From Candidatus Thalassarchaeaceae archaeon (lineage in GTDB: Archaea > Thermoplasmatota > Poseidoniia > Poseidoniales > Thalassarchaeaceae): a stretch of 32,000 bases of DNA. The notes under the pieces are model-generated. The model ran no database searches. It had not been told where the DNA came from and was given only the letters and a program-made list of their open reading frames with translations. The stretch lies in contig JBJLBP010000001.1 in NCBI GenBank assembly GCA_045568075.1, forward strand, positions 570,001 through 602,000, given 5' to 3'. A program made the position numbers and the translations under genes. Shown in pieces: positions 16,252 through 23,755 of the stretch (position 1 is the stretch's first letter; every line of letters starts with the position of its first letter).

Positions 16252-17247
16252 TCATCGCAATCCTGCGATGATCTGCTCTGCCTCGGTCATCTTGGCTCGG
16301 ATGCGAGAAATCGCATCCGAATCTGTAACCGAAGCGGCTCTCGAACCACTCACTGGTGTCTCTCCGACTTGTTGGAAGGCAACGTCTCGAGCGCCCTTGG
16401 CCTCAGCAATACGCGCCGCGACCAGCAGCAATCTCGTGCTAACCGCCTCGTCTTCAATCGGCCAACCGCGGCGCACCGCGATTCGTAGAAAGAGATCTTC
16501 CTCAGGTGCCGACCATCGGCCACCATGACTATTGAGAATGGTCCCAATCATCCGCTCGATATCATCGATCATCCCGACGAGCGTCTGCAATGCCGAAGTA
16601 TTCTGCTTCCCCTCTGATTTGGATAACATATCGGCAGCGTCTTCGACTAAGTGTTGAGGAAGCGCCTGCAAGAAATCGACAGGAGTCTCGGGAACTTCGA
16701 TTAGAATGACTTCTTCTTCGGCCGGTTCACCAGTAATTTTTGGCGAAGCTACCTGTGCTCCACCAGACGAAACATCCGGCAAGCCATTTCGCCTCAATGA
16801 CCGCTTAATCTGCCCCCAGCCTCGGCCTTGACTCGCAAGAACACCAGCAACACGCCCCATCAGAACAGTGCGAGTCCCAGTCAATTGTAATTCGAGACGC
16901 TGGCACAATGCGTGCAACTTCTCGCGTTCCATCTCGGCGAGATTCTCCACAGTCAGTCGCCGAGAATCATGATTCAAGTGCAACCAAAGTCGCTGACGTC
17001 TTTCTTTGTGAGAGCCGGATGACTTGATTCCGAAGACCTTGAGAGTCTCTCCCAATTCCTGATGTGACATTGCTTGAATACCATCCCAACTAAAGTCATA
17101 ATCAGCCAGAACTTGATGCTGAATCAGACGAGCGCGGACGACCTCAACTGAACCATTCTTGGTAAATCCAGCCTCCTCCGCGCGGTTGCGCAACTCGACC
17201 AAACGAGCCCGATACAATTGGTCGAGTAATACCAGATCAACCGACAT
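16252..17247 (-). CDS. Hypothetical protein with three N-terminal SAP/HeH (Rho_N-like) helix-extended-helix repeats
   Basis: Three repeats of about 35 aa follow the pattern L..L.h.EL+..h...Gh...G.+..hh.RL (aa 11-47, 60-94, 101-140). AGGTG lies 6 nt before ATG 17247 (an alternative GTG is at 17256). The stop abuts the rpap stop (TGATCA at 16249-16254). Confidence 0.55.
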   Translation of the reverse strand: MSVDLVLLDQLYRARLVELRNRAEEAGFTKNGSVEVVRARLIQHQVLADYDFSWDGIQAMSHQELGETLKVFGIKSSGSHKERRQRLWLHLNHDSRRLTVENLAEMEREKLHALCQRLELQLTGTRTVLMGRVAGVLASQGRGWGQIKRSLRRNGLPDVSSGGAQVASPKITGEPAEEEVILIEVPETPVDFLQALPQHLVEDAADMLSKSEGKQNTSALQTLVGMIDDIERMIGTILNSHGGRWSAPEEDLFLRIAVRRGWPIEDEAVSTRLLLVAARIAEAKGARDVAFQQVGETPVSGSRAASVTDSDAISRIRAKMTEAEQIIAGLR

Positions 17248-17348
17248 CAGAAGCACCTATTCGGCGACAGCCGGTCCTCCGCCGTCTTATCGCTTACCCA
17301 TCCAGAAGCGAAGTCAAAGCGGATTTGTGAGCAAAGCAAAATTCGCCG

Positions 17349-18431
17349 TCACTCTTGCAGATCGATCCAGGCATCGCTTGCTGGGCCCTCTCGAGGATGT
17401 TCTGGTAATTCAGATCCAACAGACTCGAGCATCTTATTCCAATCATGGGACAAAGCAACAGTAGCACTCTCGATTTTTGCCAGAGAAACAACTCGTTCAA
17501 CAGAGAGAGTGTGCCAGCCGTTGTCAGAAATCAACTCGAGTCGAATCTCTACGTGAACATCAGAATGCATCATCTCACCTTCCGGATTATGGAATGTATT
17601 TTCCATCGCTAAATCGAAGTTTTCCTCTGCTAAACGCATGATGGCTCCTACCTGCCTATGGCGGACGAGCAAAGCCACCCTATCCAACTCATCTGCAGAC
17701 AACGAACCAATCAAATTTTCATGAACCCACCAAACGGTTTCACCTTCACGCTCAGAAAAATTCTCAATCAAACGACGAGGGAAACCGTTTCGAGCAATCA
17801 TTACTACGAGATCAGAGTAAGGGACGGGAAGGTAACGGTCATCTCCTCGTTTAGCGGGGTCAACCCCCAAAACGTGCCGTCTTTCGCGCCGGAAGTTCGA
17901 ATCGTAGACTTCGCGTGAAGTGACGAATCCATCGATTTCTCCGTTTTGACGACGCTCTTCCATCCAGTTTGCCAAATCAGCCGAATTAGTAGGGGTCTCG
18001 CCGAGTTCGTGAATCCCTGCGAAGGCGGTGGGCGAGAGAACCCGCAAGCCGCGACGAGCCCGCCTCAGTTGCCGTCTGACAATCCGCTCCTCAGAAAGGA
18101 TGATTCCGCCCTTCGGTTGGTGCCACACATTGTTCTCGCTCACCAAAAATCTCGCCGGACGACGTGGGGTTCTTGCACCGACTACTTGACAACCAGCAGA
18201 AAGAACCTCCATCATCCTCCCGTGAAGCAGCGAACCGGGAAGCGCGAACAAGTCTATTTCGCCTTCCTTCAAACTCTCTAATCCAGCCTCTAATGAGGTT
18301 GTGGAAGTCACTTCAAGTTCGAGTTCGCCCACCGCATCAGAAGCCAAGAAATCTTCCAAATGTCTTGATGTGAGACAGTGTGGATGATCCAGTGATGCGA
18401 CGTTTAGTCGATTTTCCACAGCGTCCACCTC
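17349..18431 (-). CDS. Divergent porphobilinogen-deaminase (HemC)-like, type-2 periplasmic-binding-fold protein in which the catalytic and cofactor residues appear not to be conserved
   Basis: By-eye collinearity with the HemC three-domain layout: RTPRRPARFLVSEN vs RedPRDAfVS.N, IVRRQL vs SLRRQ.QL, NGEIDGFV vs G.yDAiiL, YLPVPYSDLVVMIAR vs LPAvGQGAlgIEcR. The start is uncertain (GTG 18431 or 18419). The ATG at 18689 would overlap the divergent idsA by 181 nt. Confidence 0.4.
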   Translation of the reverse strand, partial: EVDAVENRLNVASLDHPHCLTSRHLEDFLASDAVGELELEVTSTTSLEAGLESLKEGEIDLFALPGSLLHGRMMEVLSAGCQVVGARTPRRPARFLVSENNVWHQPKGGIILSEERIVRRQLRRARRGLRVLSPTAFAGIHELGETPTNSADLANWMEERRQNGEIDGFVTSREVYDSNFRRERRHVLGVDPAKRGDDRYLPVPYSDLVVMIARNGFPRRLIENFSEREGETVWWVHENLIGSLSADELDRVALLVRHRQVGAIMRLAEENFDLAMENTFHNPEGEMMHSDVHVEIRLELISDNGWHTLSVERVVSLAKIESATVALSHDWNKMLESVGSELPEHPREGPASDAWIDLQE

Positions 18432-18476
18432 GAGGGGGGAGCACGCAACGTGCCCAGCCGCGGGGCCGCACACCCG

Positions 18477-18486
18477 TTGATATAGG
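18477..18486 (+). promoter_or_regulatory. TATA-box-like element (TTGATATAGG) about 27 nt upstream of the idsA ATG, implying a leaderless transcript
   Basis: It is the only AT-rich element in the 77-nt divergent spacer. The distance to ATG 18509 equals the usual archaeal TATA-to-TSS spacing. No SD is present. Confidence 0.35.
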
Positions 18487-18508
18487 CAACCCCTCACCAA
18501 GAAACTCC

Positions 18509-19489
18509 ATGGTCTCACTTCGAAACGTTCGTCGTAGCCTTGACCAGCGTCGCAATCTCGTAGAGGAAGCGCTGGAAGATTTGGTGCAGGAACGTATGAC
18601 CAAGAGCGATGCGCCTGCGATGAGCCTAGCTCGTGACATTCTGTTAGCGGGTGGTAAGAGGATTCGTCCTGTACTCGGATTGCTGGCATACGAGGCCGTC
18701 GGAGGCGAGGATGTCGATTCGGTAATGGACCTCGCTATCGCCGCCGAATTGCTCCACACGGCGACATTGATTCACGACGATATCTGTGATCAATCTAAGA
18801 CTCGTCGAGGAATTCCTACTTTGCATTCAACCCATGGAATATCTCATGGTATCATCGCTGGAGACTATCTATTCGTGCTTGCATTCTCTCTCGGCGGTCG
18901 GTGCGAAGAACGGATTGTAGAGAGGATGGGGGAGGCATCTGCGAACATCGCAGCTGGGGAACTTCTGCAACTCAAGCACATTGGTGACCTCGGAACGACT
19001 CCTGAGGATTATTACGCAATCATCGATGGAAAGACTGCTGGTCCTTTTGCAAGTGCTTGTGCATGTGCAGCGATGTTCGCAAACGCACCCGAAGAAGTCG
19101 TTGACCTACTCGATGAATTTGGATGGGAAGTGGGTAGAGCCTTCCAATTGGTTGACGATTTGTTGGATTTGACTGGGGACTCATCAATGGGTAAACCACG
19201 CGGAACAGATGTCCAAGATGGCAAGATGACTCTGCCCATCATTCACGCTCTGACTATGCTTCATGGTGTCGAGCGTGAGCAACTCGCCGATGTTTTACAG
19301 AATTTCAGCGAGGATCGCTGGGGCGAGTTGACCGAGTCGCTAGAGATTGCTGGTTCGTTTGATTACGCACGGCAATTGATTCAGAATCACATCGACCGCG
19401 CGCAGAAAGCTCTCGATCGACTGCCTGATTCTGAGGCGAAGTCATTGATGATCGAGATTGCTAAGCAGTCTCGCAGCCGTAGGACCTGA
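18509..19489 (+). CDS. idsA: trans-Polyprenyl diphosphate synthase (GGPP synthase family)
   Basis: GGKRIRP, the first Asp-rich motif LIHDDICD followed by RRG, the second Asp-rich motif FQLVDDLLD, and GKPRGTDVQDGKMTLP. ATG 18509 lies 27 nt downstream of a TATA-like element. Confidence 0.88.
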   Translation: MVSLRNVRRSLDQRRNLVEEALEDLVQERMTKSDAPAMSLARDILLAGGKRIRPVLGLLAYEAVGGEDVDSVMDLAIAAELLHTATLIHDDICDQSKTRRGIPTLHSTHGISHGIIAGDYLFVLAFSLGGRCEERIVERMGEASANIAAGELLQLKHIGDLGTTPEDYYAIIDGKTAGPFASACACAAMFANAPEEVVDLLDEFGWEVGRAFQLVDDLLDLTGDSSMGKPRGTDVQDGKMTLPIIHALTMLHGVEREQLADVLQNFSEDRWGELTESLEIAGSFDYARQLIQNHIDRAQKALDRLPDSEAKSLMIEIAKQSRSRRT

Positions 19490-19531
19490 GGTGCTAGGAT
19501 AGGCTGCGAGCCGGTGGATTCTGGTGAGTTT

Positions 19532-20632
19532 ATGGTTGAGCGAAACGATTGGGATGTTATCGTCATCGGTGGCGGGCCAGCAGGTTCGACTGTTGCTCGT
19601 TACGTGGCAGAGGGTGAAAAGGACGTCTTGGTAATCGATGGTCGTGATTCAATCGGTAGTCCGTTGCAATGTGGAGAGTTAGTCCCGAGTAATGACGAGA
19701 TGAGACGGCTTTGTCCAGATGTCCCCGATATCGATGATTTGCTTCAGACTCCCGACACCGCGATTTCACTACGCACCTCTGAGATGCATTTGGTTCCGCC
19801 ATCAGGCCGTCCACTCCGCTATCCGTTCGAGGGGCTTATGCTAGACCGAGTTGCCCATGATGAGTGGCTTGTTGATTTGGCTAAATCAAAGGGTGCGAAT
19901 TATCTCACCGACGCCAGAGTTGAATCTGTTAATGGTGAGATTGTTACCCTTCGAGACGGACGTGAATTTACCGCTAGAATCATTGTAGGCGCAGGTGGTC
20001 ATAATGACCCACTGCGCCGTAGTCATTGGGAAGAATCAGGCCTCAAAATACCAATCAAATTCGTCTTGATGGATGGAGATTTTGGAGATGCTGTTGAACT
20101 TCACTTTGGCTCGATGGCACCGGGCGGATATGCCTGGATGTTCCCCAAGCAAGGTGGAGCCAATATCGGCGTAGGAATCCAGAACAAGTTCGCCAAAGGT
20201 CGCTCACTGAATCTATTCGCTGACGAGTTCATCGATCGCTATGGACAAGATGTCACATTCAGAGGGGCAGGGTCGCTTCCGATGTCTGGAACCATCGACT
20301 GCTTCGTTAAGGAAAATTATCTCCTCGTCGGCGATGCGGCAGGAATGGTTCTGCCCTCAAATGGCGCTGGTATCACCATCGCCATGATCGGTGGGCGCAT
20401 CGCCGGCAAGGCAATTGTTTCTTACTTTGAAAACGGCGCATCTCTGCACGAGTATGAGGTCGAGTGGAAGCGTCAGATGGGCGCCGTGATGCGCAATTCG
20501 AAGCGCTCGTTCCGATTTGGCAGTTGGATAATGCTGCTACCTGATTGGGTTCTCAATCTCGCATTCAATCCATTAACCAAGCCATTTGTATGGCGCTTCG
20601 TAACTTGTCGAAAACCGTTCATCATTTTCTGA
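19532..20632 (+). CDS. Geranylgeranyl reductase family flavoprotein (digeranylgeranylglycerophospholipid reductase-like)
   Basis: The FAD dinucleotide fold WDVIVIGGGPAGSTVARYVAE, the GDAAG motif (LLVGDAAGMV), and its position directly after idsA. SD GGTGAG precedes ATG 19532 (an alternative GTG is at 19514). Confidence 0.88.
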   Translation: MVERNDWDVIVIGGGPAGSTVARYVAEGEKDVLVIDGRDSIGSPLQCGELVPSNDEMRRLCPDVPDIDDLLQTPDTAISLRTSEMHLVPPSGRPLRYPFEGLMLDRVAHDEWLVDLAKSKGANYLTDARVESVNGEIVTLRDGREFTARIIVGAGGHNDPLRRSHWEESGLKIPIKFVLMDGDFGDAVELHFGSMAPGGYAWMFPKQGGANIGVGIQNKFAKGRSLNLFADEFIDRYGQDVTFRGAGSLPMSGTIDCFVKENYLLVGDAAGMVLPSNGAGITIAMIGGRIAGKAIVSYFENGASLHEYEVEWKRQMGAVMRNSKRSFRFGSWIMLLPDWVLNLAFNPLTKPFVWRFVTCRKPFIIF

Positions 20633-20653
20633 ATCATACGCTAGGGTATGATT
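20632..20653 (+). terminator. Stem-loop (8-bp stem AATCATAC/GTATGATT, 6-nt loop) immediately after the geranylgeranyl reductase stop codon
   Basis: Read directly from the sequence. The first stem base is the last base of TGA 20630-20632. No T-run follows, so a terminator function is speculative. Confidence 0.2.
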
Positions 20654-20697
20654 GGACTATCTGAGAACATAAAGTAGCGGAACATCTCCCGACCTGT

Positions 20698-21465
20698 GTG
20701 GAAACCGGACTGCATGGCAAGGTTGTGCTCGTCACCGGCGGTGCTGGTGGCATAGGTCAGGCCATCTGCAGAGCGTTTGCCGCTGAGGGTGCACGCGTAG
20801 TTGTGCATCATCATTCCTCGGCTGCTGCAGCTGTATCGCTGGCTGAGGAAATCGATGGAATAGCCATCCGTGCGGATCTGCGCGACGCCGAGGAAGCGCT
20901 ATCGATGGTTCGAAGCATCGTCTCTGACTTTGGAGGACTCGATGTCTGCATCGCCAATGCGGGCCTCTATCCCACACCGTCCAAGCCGTTTTGGGAGATC
21001 GACGCTGAGCGCTGGGCCTCTACTATGGACTCCAATCTGGGGGTGACTGTAACCACTGCTCGCGCCTTCCTTGGTCATGCTGCAAAGGTCGGGCGAGGCT
21101 CGATCGTTCTGATTGGCTCGACTGCAGGTATCTACGGCGAATCCGGACATGCTGATTACGCTGCGGCGAAGGGCGCCATTACCTCAGGTCTGCTGATGTC
21201 ACTGAAGAACGACGTTTCGCATATCGGCGGTGTCCGTGTCAATGCGGTCGCTCCAGGATGGACAGTCACACCAAAGAAGATCGAACATGGGGTCGACGAG
21301 GAACTAGTCGAGCGTGCGACTGCGACGATGGCGCTGAAGAAACTCGCTACCCCTGAGGACGTGGCTAGTGCAGTGGTCATGCTATCTTCAGACGAAATAT
21401 CAGGACACATCACGGGTCAGGTAATCGAGGTAGCAGGCGGAATGGAAGGGCGTTTGATTCCCTGA
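20698..21465 (+). CDS. Short-chain dehydrogenase/reductase (FabG-like)
   Basis: TGGAGGIG cofactor loop, NAG motif (IANAG), catalytic S...YxxxK (GSTAG...YAAAKGA), and the C-terminal ITGQVIEVAGG. Confidence 0.85.
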   Translation: METGLHGKVVLVTGGAGGIGQAICRAFAAEGARVVVHHHSSAAAAVSLAEEIDGIAIRADLRDAEEALSMVRSIVSDFGGLDVCIANAGLYPTPSKPFWEIDAERWASTMDSNLGVTVTTARAFLGHAAKVGRGSIVLIGSTAGIYGESGHADYAAAKGAITSGLLMSLKNDVSHIGGVRVNAVAPGWTVTPKKIEHGVDEELVERATATMALKKLATPEDVASAVVMLSSDEISGHITGQVIEVAGGMEGRLIP

Positions 21466-21466
21466 A

Positions 21467-22450
21467 TCAGAGGGTACCCTCTGTGTCAGACTTTGAGAAT
21501 CGGCTGAGGAATTCCCATGCAATTCCATTCGTATCCACAGTCCCCCCGTTTCCTATGAAAATCAAAGGTCCTTCTGGGTCGTAACTTTCCTCATATGGGT
21601 TGTGATCCGCAGCATAAAGTGTCACGAGTGAAACCTCAGAGCCAGTTTCACAATCAGTGAAAGACTGGATGGAATAGAATACAGATGGTGAGTTGGAATT
21701 AGGCGTATCGCCTTGACAGCCGTTCATGTCTGCCCACATCATTAGATTCTGAATTGCACCATGTTCCTGAGCCTCGATATTGGGTAGATGAATTGCGTCG
21801 TTGGAATAAAGTATGATTTGATCAACGAGACCATGGATCTCCATAATTGGAATTGGAGAATACTCGGGCACTGGATCGTCTAGTAAGTAGTAGGACATGC
21901 AGGCAATGGCTGCAAACCGATCGCTGTGCTCGTTAGCCAGCTTCTGGCTTAGTGCACACCCATTTGACCATCCAGTGAGGTATATTCTATCCTCGTCAAC
22001 GCTGTGGTTCAAGGCCACTCTGTCAACAATCTCTAGAATCAATCCGGTGTCATTTAGTCCAAGTTCCCCAGCAGCACTGCAGCAGTATCCCGCGTTCCAA
22101 GAGTTCTCAAACCCTTGAGGCCATACCGCGATTACTCCATTTTCCTCGGCAATATCATCGAATTCCGAGAGTGCTCTCTGATTTTCCATAGTCAGGGTGT
22201 TTCCATGCAAGTCAATAATCATCGGAACCTCATTCGAAAGATTCACCGTACTTGGGACGAGAACATTCCAACATCGTTCTAGTTCCTCGTGAATCATGCA
22301 TTCGACATAGTCGGCGCCCTCAAATTCCTCCTCCGGTGGAATCTCGTCAGAATCGTCACCGGATGAATCGTTGTCGCTCGAAAGACATCCACTAAGAGTG
22401 GCAGAAATGAGAATTAAGGTCAGAAAGACAACTTTCTCGACCCGAGACAT
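21467..22450 (-). CDS. Secreted/lipoprotein alpha/beta-hydrolase esterase, PHB-depolymerase (LpqC/COG3509)-like
   Basis: Signal peptide with a lipobox-like LSGC. The nucleophile elbow is GWSNG in DRIYLTGWSNGCALS. PMIIDLHG...WPQG...WNAGYCC fits the esterase_phb family pattern. ATG 22450 is preferred over 22495. Confidence 0.62.
   Translation of the reverse strand: MSRVEKVVFLTLILISATLSGCLSSDNDSSGDDSDEIPPEEEFEGADYVECMIHEELERCWNVLVPSTVNLSNEVPMIIDLHGNTLTMENQRALSEFDDIAEENGVIAVWPQGFENSWNAGYCCSAAGELGLNDTGLILEIVDRVALNHSVDEDRIYLTGWSNGCALSQKLANEHSDRFAAIACMSYYLLDDPVPEYSPIPIMEIHGLVDQIILYSNDAIHLPNIEAQEHGAIQNLMMWADMNGCQGDTPNSNSPSVFYSIQSFTDCETGSEVSLVTLYAADHNPYEESYDPEGPLIFIGNGGTVDTNGIAWEFLSRFSKSDTEGTL
21468..21483. 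repeat. Perfect 16-bp palindrome CAGAGGGTACCCTCTG at the convergent SDR/esterase junction
   Basis: Read directly. The arms CAGAGGGT and ACCCTCTG are exact reverse complements. It starts 3 nt after the SDR TGA and covers the last codons of the esterase. Confidence 0.9.
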
Positions 22451-22474
22451 GAAAATGCGAGTTAGCACATGTAG

Positions 22475-22485
22475 AAAAAATATAG
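22475..22485 (-). promoter_or_regulatory. TATA-like / oligo-T element (minus strand CTATATTTTTT) between the ubiE-like stop and the esterase start
   Basis: It lies about 31 nt upstream of esterase ATG 22450 and 31 nt downstream of the ubiE-like stop. It could act as a promoter TATA and, as a T-run, as an archaeal terminator for the upstream gene. Confidence 0.3.
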
Positions 22486-22515
22486 CAATTGACACTACTC
22501 TCTAATTCGAAGAAA

Positions 22516-23271
22516 TCAACAGTTAGAGCAGCAGCCCTTGCCCTCTTCGGGCTTGCAACCTTCCCAGATGGTTGCCATTCCGGGAAATACAACCTTGGCA
22601 CGGACTTTGACAAAGCCAACTTCTTCCATCATTCGGACATAATCGCGAGTAGTTCCGAAGGTGACGTATGTCTTGGTCAACCACTTCCATGGGTGGTCCT
22701 TGACTCCACAAATAATTCGCGCGTAAGCACCTACCCAAACCCGCATCCAAAGCGAGCCAAACAATCCGTGAATTCGATTCATCTTTGCGGGATCAACAAT
22801 TACCAATTTCGTTCCAGGCTTCAATACTCGCAGAACCTCTCCTAAACCGGCTCGCTTATCGTACCAGTCTCTGAATGAGAATAGGGAACAGGCTCCATCG
22901 AAGCTATTGTCTTGGAATGGTAATTCCTCAGCCTTCCCTTGGACGAATTCTACCGCAGAATCACCTCTTGCCTCTCGCTTTGTATTGACTCGTGGTCTTG
23001 CAGTCTCCAGCATCAATTCGCTAGGGTCGAGGCAAACCAAATTGCCGCCAACAACATCCTCTGCAAAACTGCCAGGTCCACACCCGACCTCGAGCACCCG
23101 TCCGGTTACAGCATCGCCCTCATTGGGCAAACGCTGGCGCACCATGCGCCGCCACTTGTTGACTTGACCTAGGGTGGCGAAGCGATTGATCCGGTCGTAG
23201 ACCGGAATCGTCGCTTCGAGGTTCCTCATCAACTCATCCCACTCGTCTGAGTCGATGGTTTCGTGGTCCAC
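22516..23271 (-). CDS. ubiE: Class I SAM-dependent methyltransferase, UbiE/MenG (demethylmenaquinone methyltransferase) family, with a Cys-rich C-terminal tail
   Basis: YDRINRFATLGQVNKWRR (YDxmNxxxSxGxHrxWR), SAM motif I VLEVGCGPG, LPFQDNSFD and VLKPGTKLVIVD. The collinear C-terminus reads ..GFVKV....PGMATIWEG.K. Confidence 0.75.
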   Translation of the reverse strand: MDHETIDSDEWDELMRNLEATIPVYDRINRFATLGQVNKWRRMVRQRLPNEGDAVTGRVLEVGCGPGSFAEDVVGGNLVCLDPSELMLETARPRVNTKREARGDSAVEFVQGKAEELPFQDNSFDGACSLFSFRDWYDKRAGLGEVLRVLKPGTKLVIVDPAKMNRIHGLFGSLWMRVWVGAYARIICGVKDHPWKWLTKTYVTFGTTRDYVRMMEEVGFVKVRAKVVFPGMATIWEGCKPEEGKGCCSNC

Positions 23272-23410
23272 GGAAGCGCTCTGTCGAGGTCGTGTATTTG
23301 GTTGGTTTGGGGGCAGGTCCCGCCAGACGGCCGCAACCCTATCTCTTAGCCAACGTAGGTTATCATGATATACCCATCTTCGGTCGCCCGCCTCACCGAA
23401 GGTGAATCAT

Positions 23411-23725
23411 ATGGGTCACGCTGATGTTCTCCGTACTATAAGGGAAGCAGAAGACGCCGCTGCTGCGGCGATTTCGAAGGCAGAATCAGATGCAACGAGC
23501 ATCGTGCAGAAGGCACGACTCAAAGCTGCTGAGTCACTTCAATCGAGCCGTTCTGAATCCGATGCTGAGGCTCAGAAAATCGTAACCGATGCTCGCGCCG
23601 CTGCTGAGAAGGAAGCCGGTAAGGTCGCATCCAATGGGGACGCAGCGATCGATGAGATTCACACCAGCGGTGAGAAGAACCGCGCGAAGGCAGTGAGCAC
23701 AGTGCTCGATGCATTCCGCGCTTGA
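23411..23725 (+). CDS. atpH: A-type ATP synthase subunit H
   Basis: A small Ala/Glu-rich coiled-coil protein (REAEDAAAAAISKAESDA...) immediately upstream of atpI, as in archaeal atp operons. SD GGTGA at 23401-23405 precedes ATG 23411 (an alternative GTG is at 23402). Confidence 0.6.
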   Translation: MGHADVLRTIREAEDAAAAAISKAESDATSIVQKARLKAAESLQSSRSESDAEAQKIVTDARAAAEKEAGKVASNGDAAIDEIHTSGEKNRAKAVSTVLDAFRA

Positions 23726-23755
23726 ATCTACACGCTGATTTTGGAGGTTGCTAAC

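Noticed and set aside
18432-18689. 5' extension of the HemC-like ORF up to ATG 18689
   Set aside because: It would overlap the well-supported idsA N-terminus on the opposite strand by 181 nt. The extra 86-90 residues (Cys/Pro/Arg-rich) look like antisense translation. GTG 18431 or 18419 precede the region with fold similarity.
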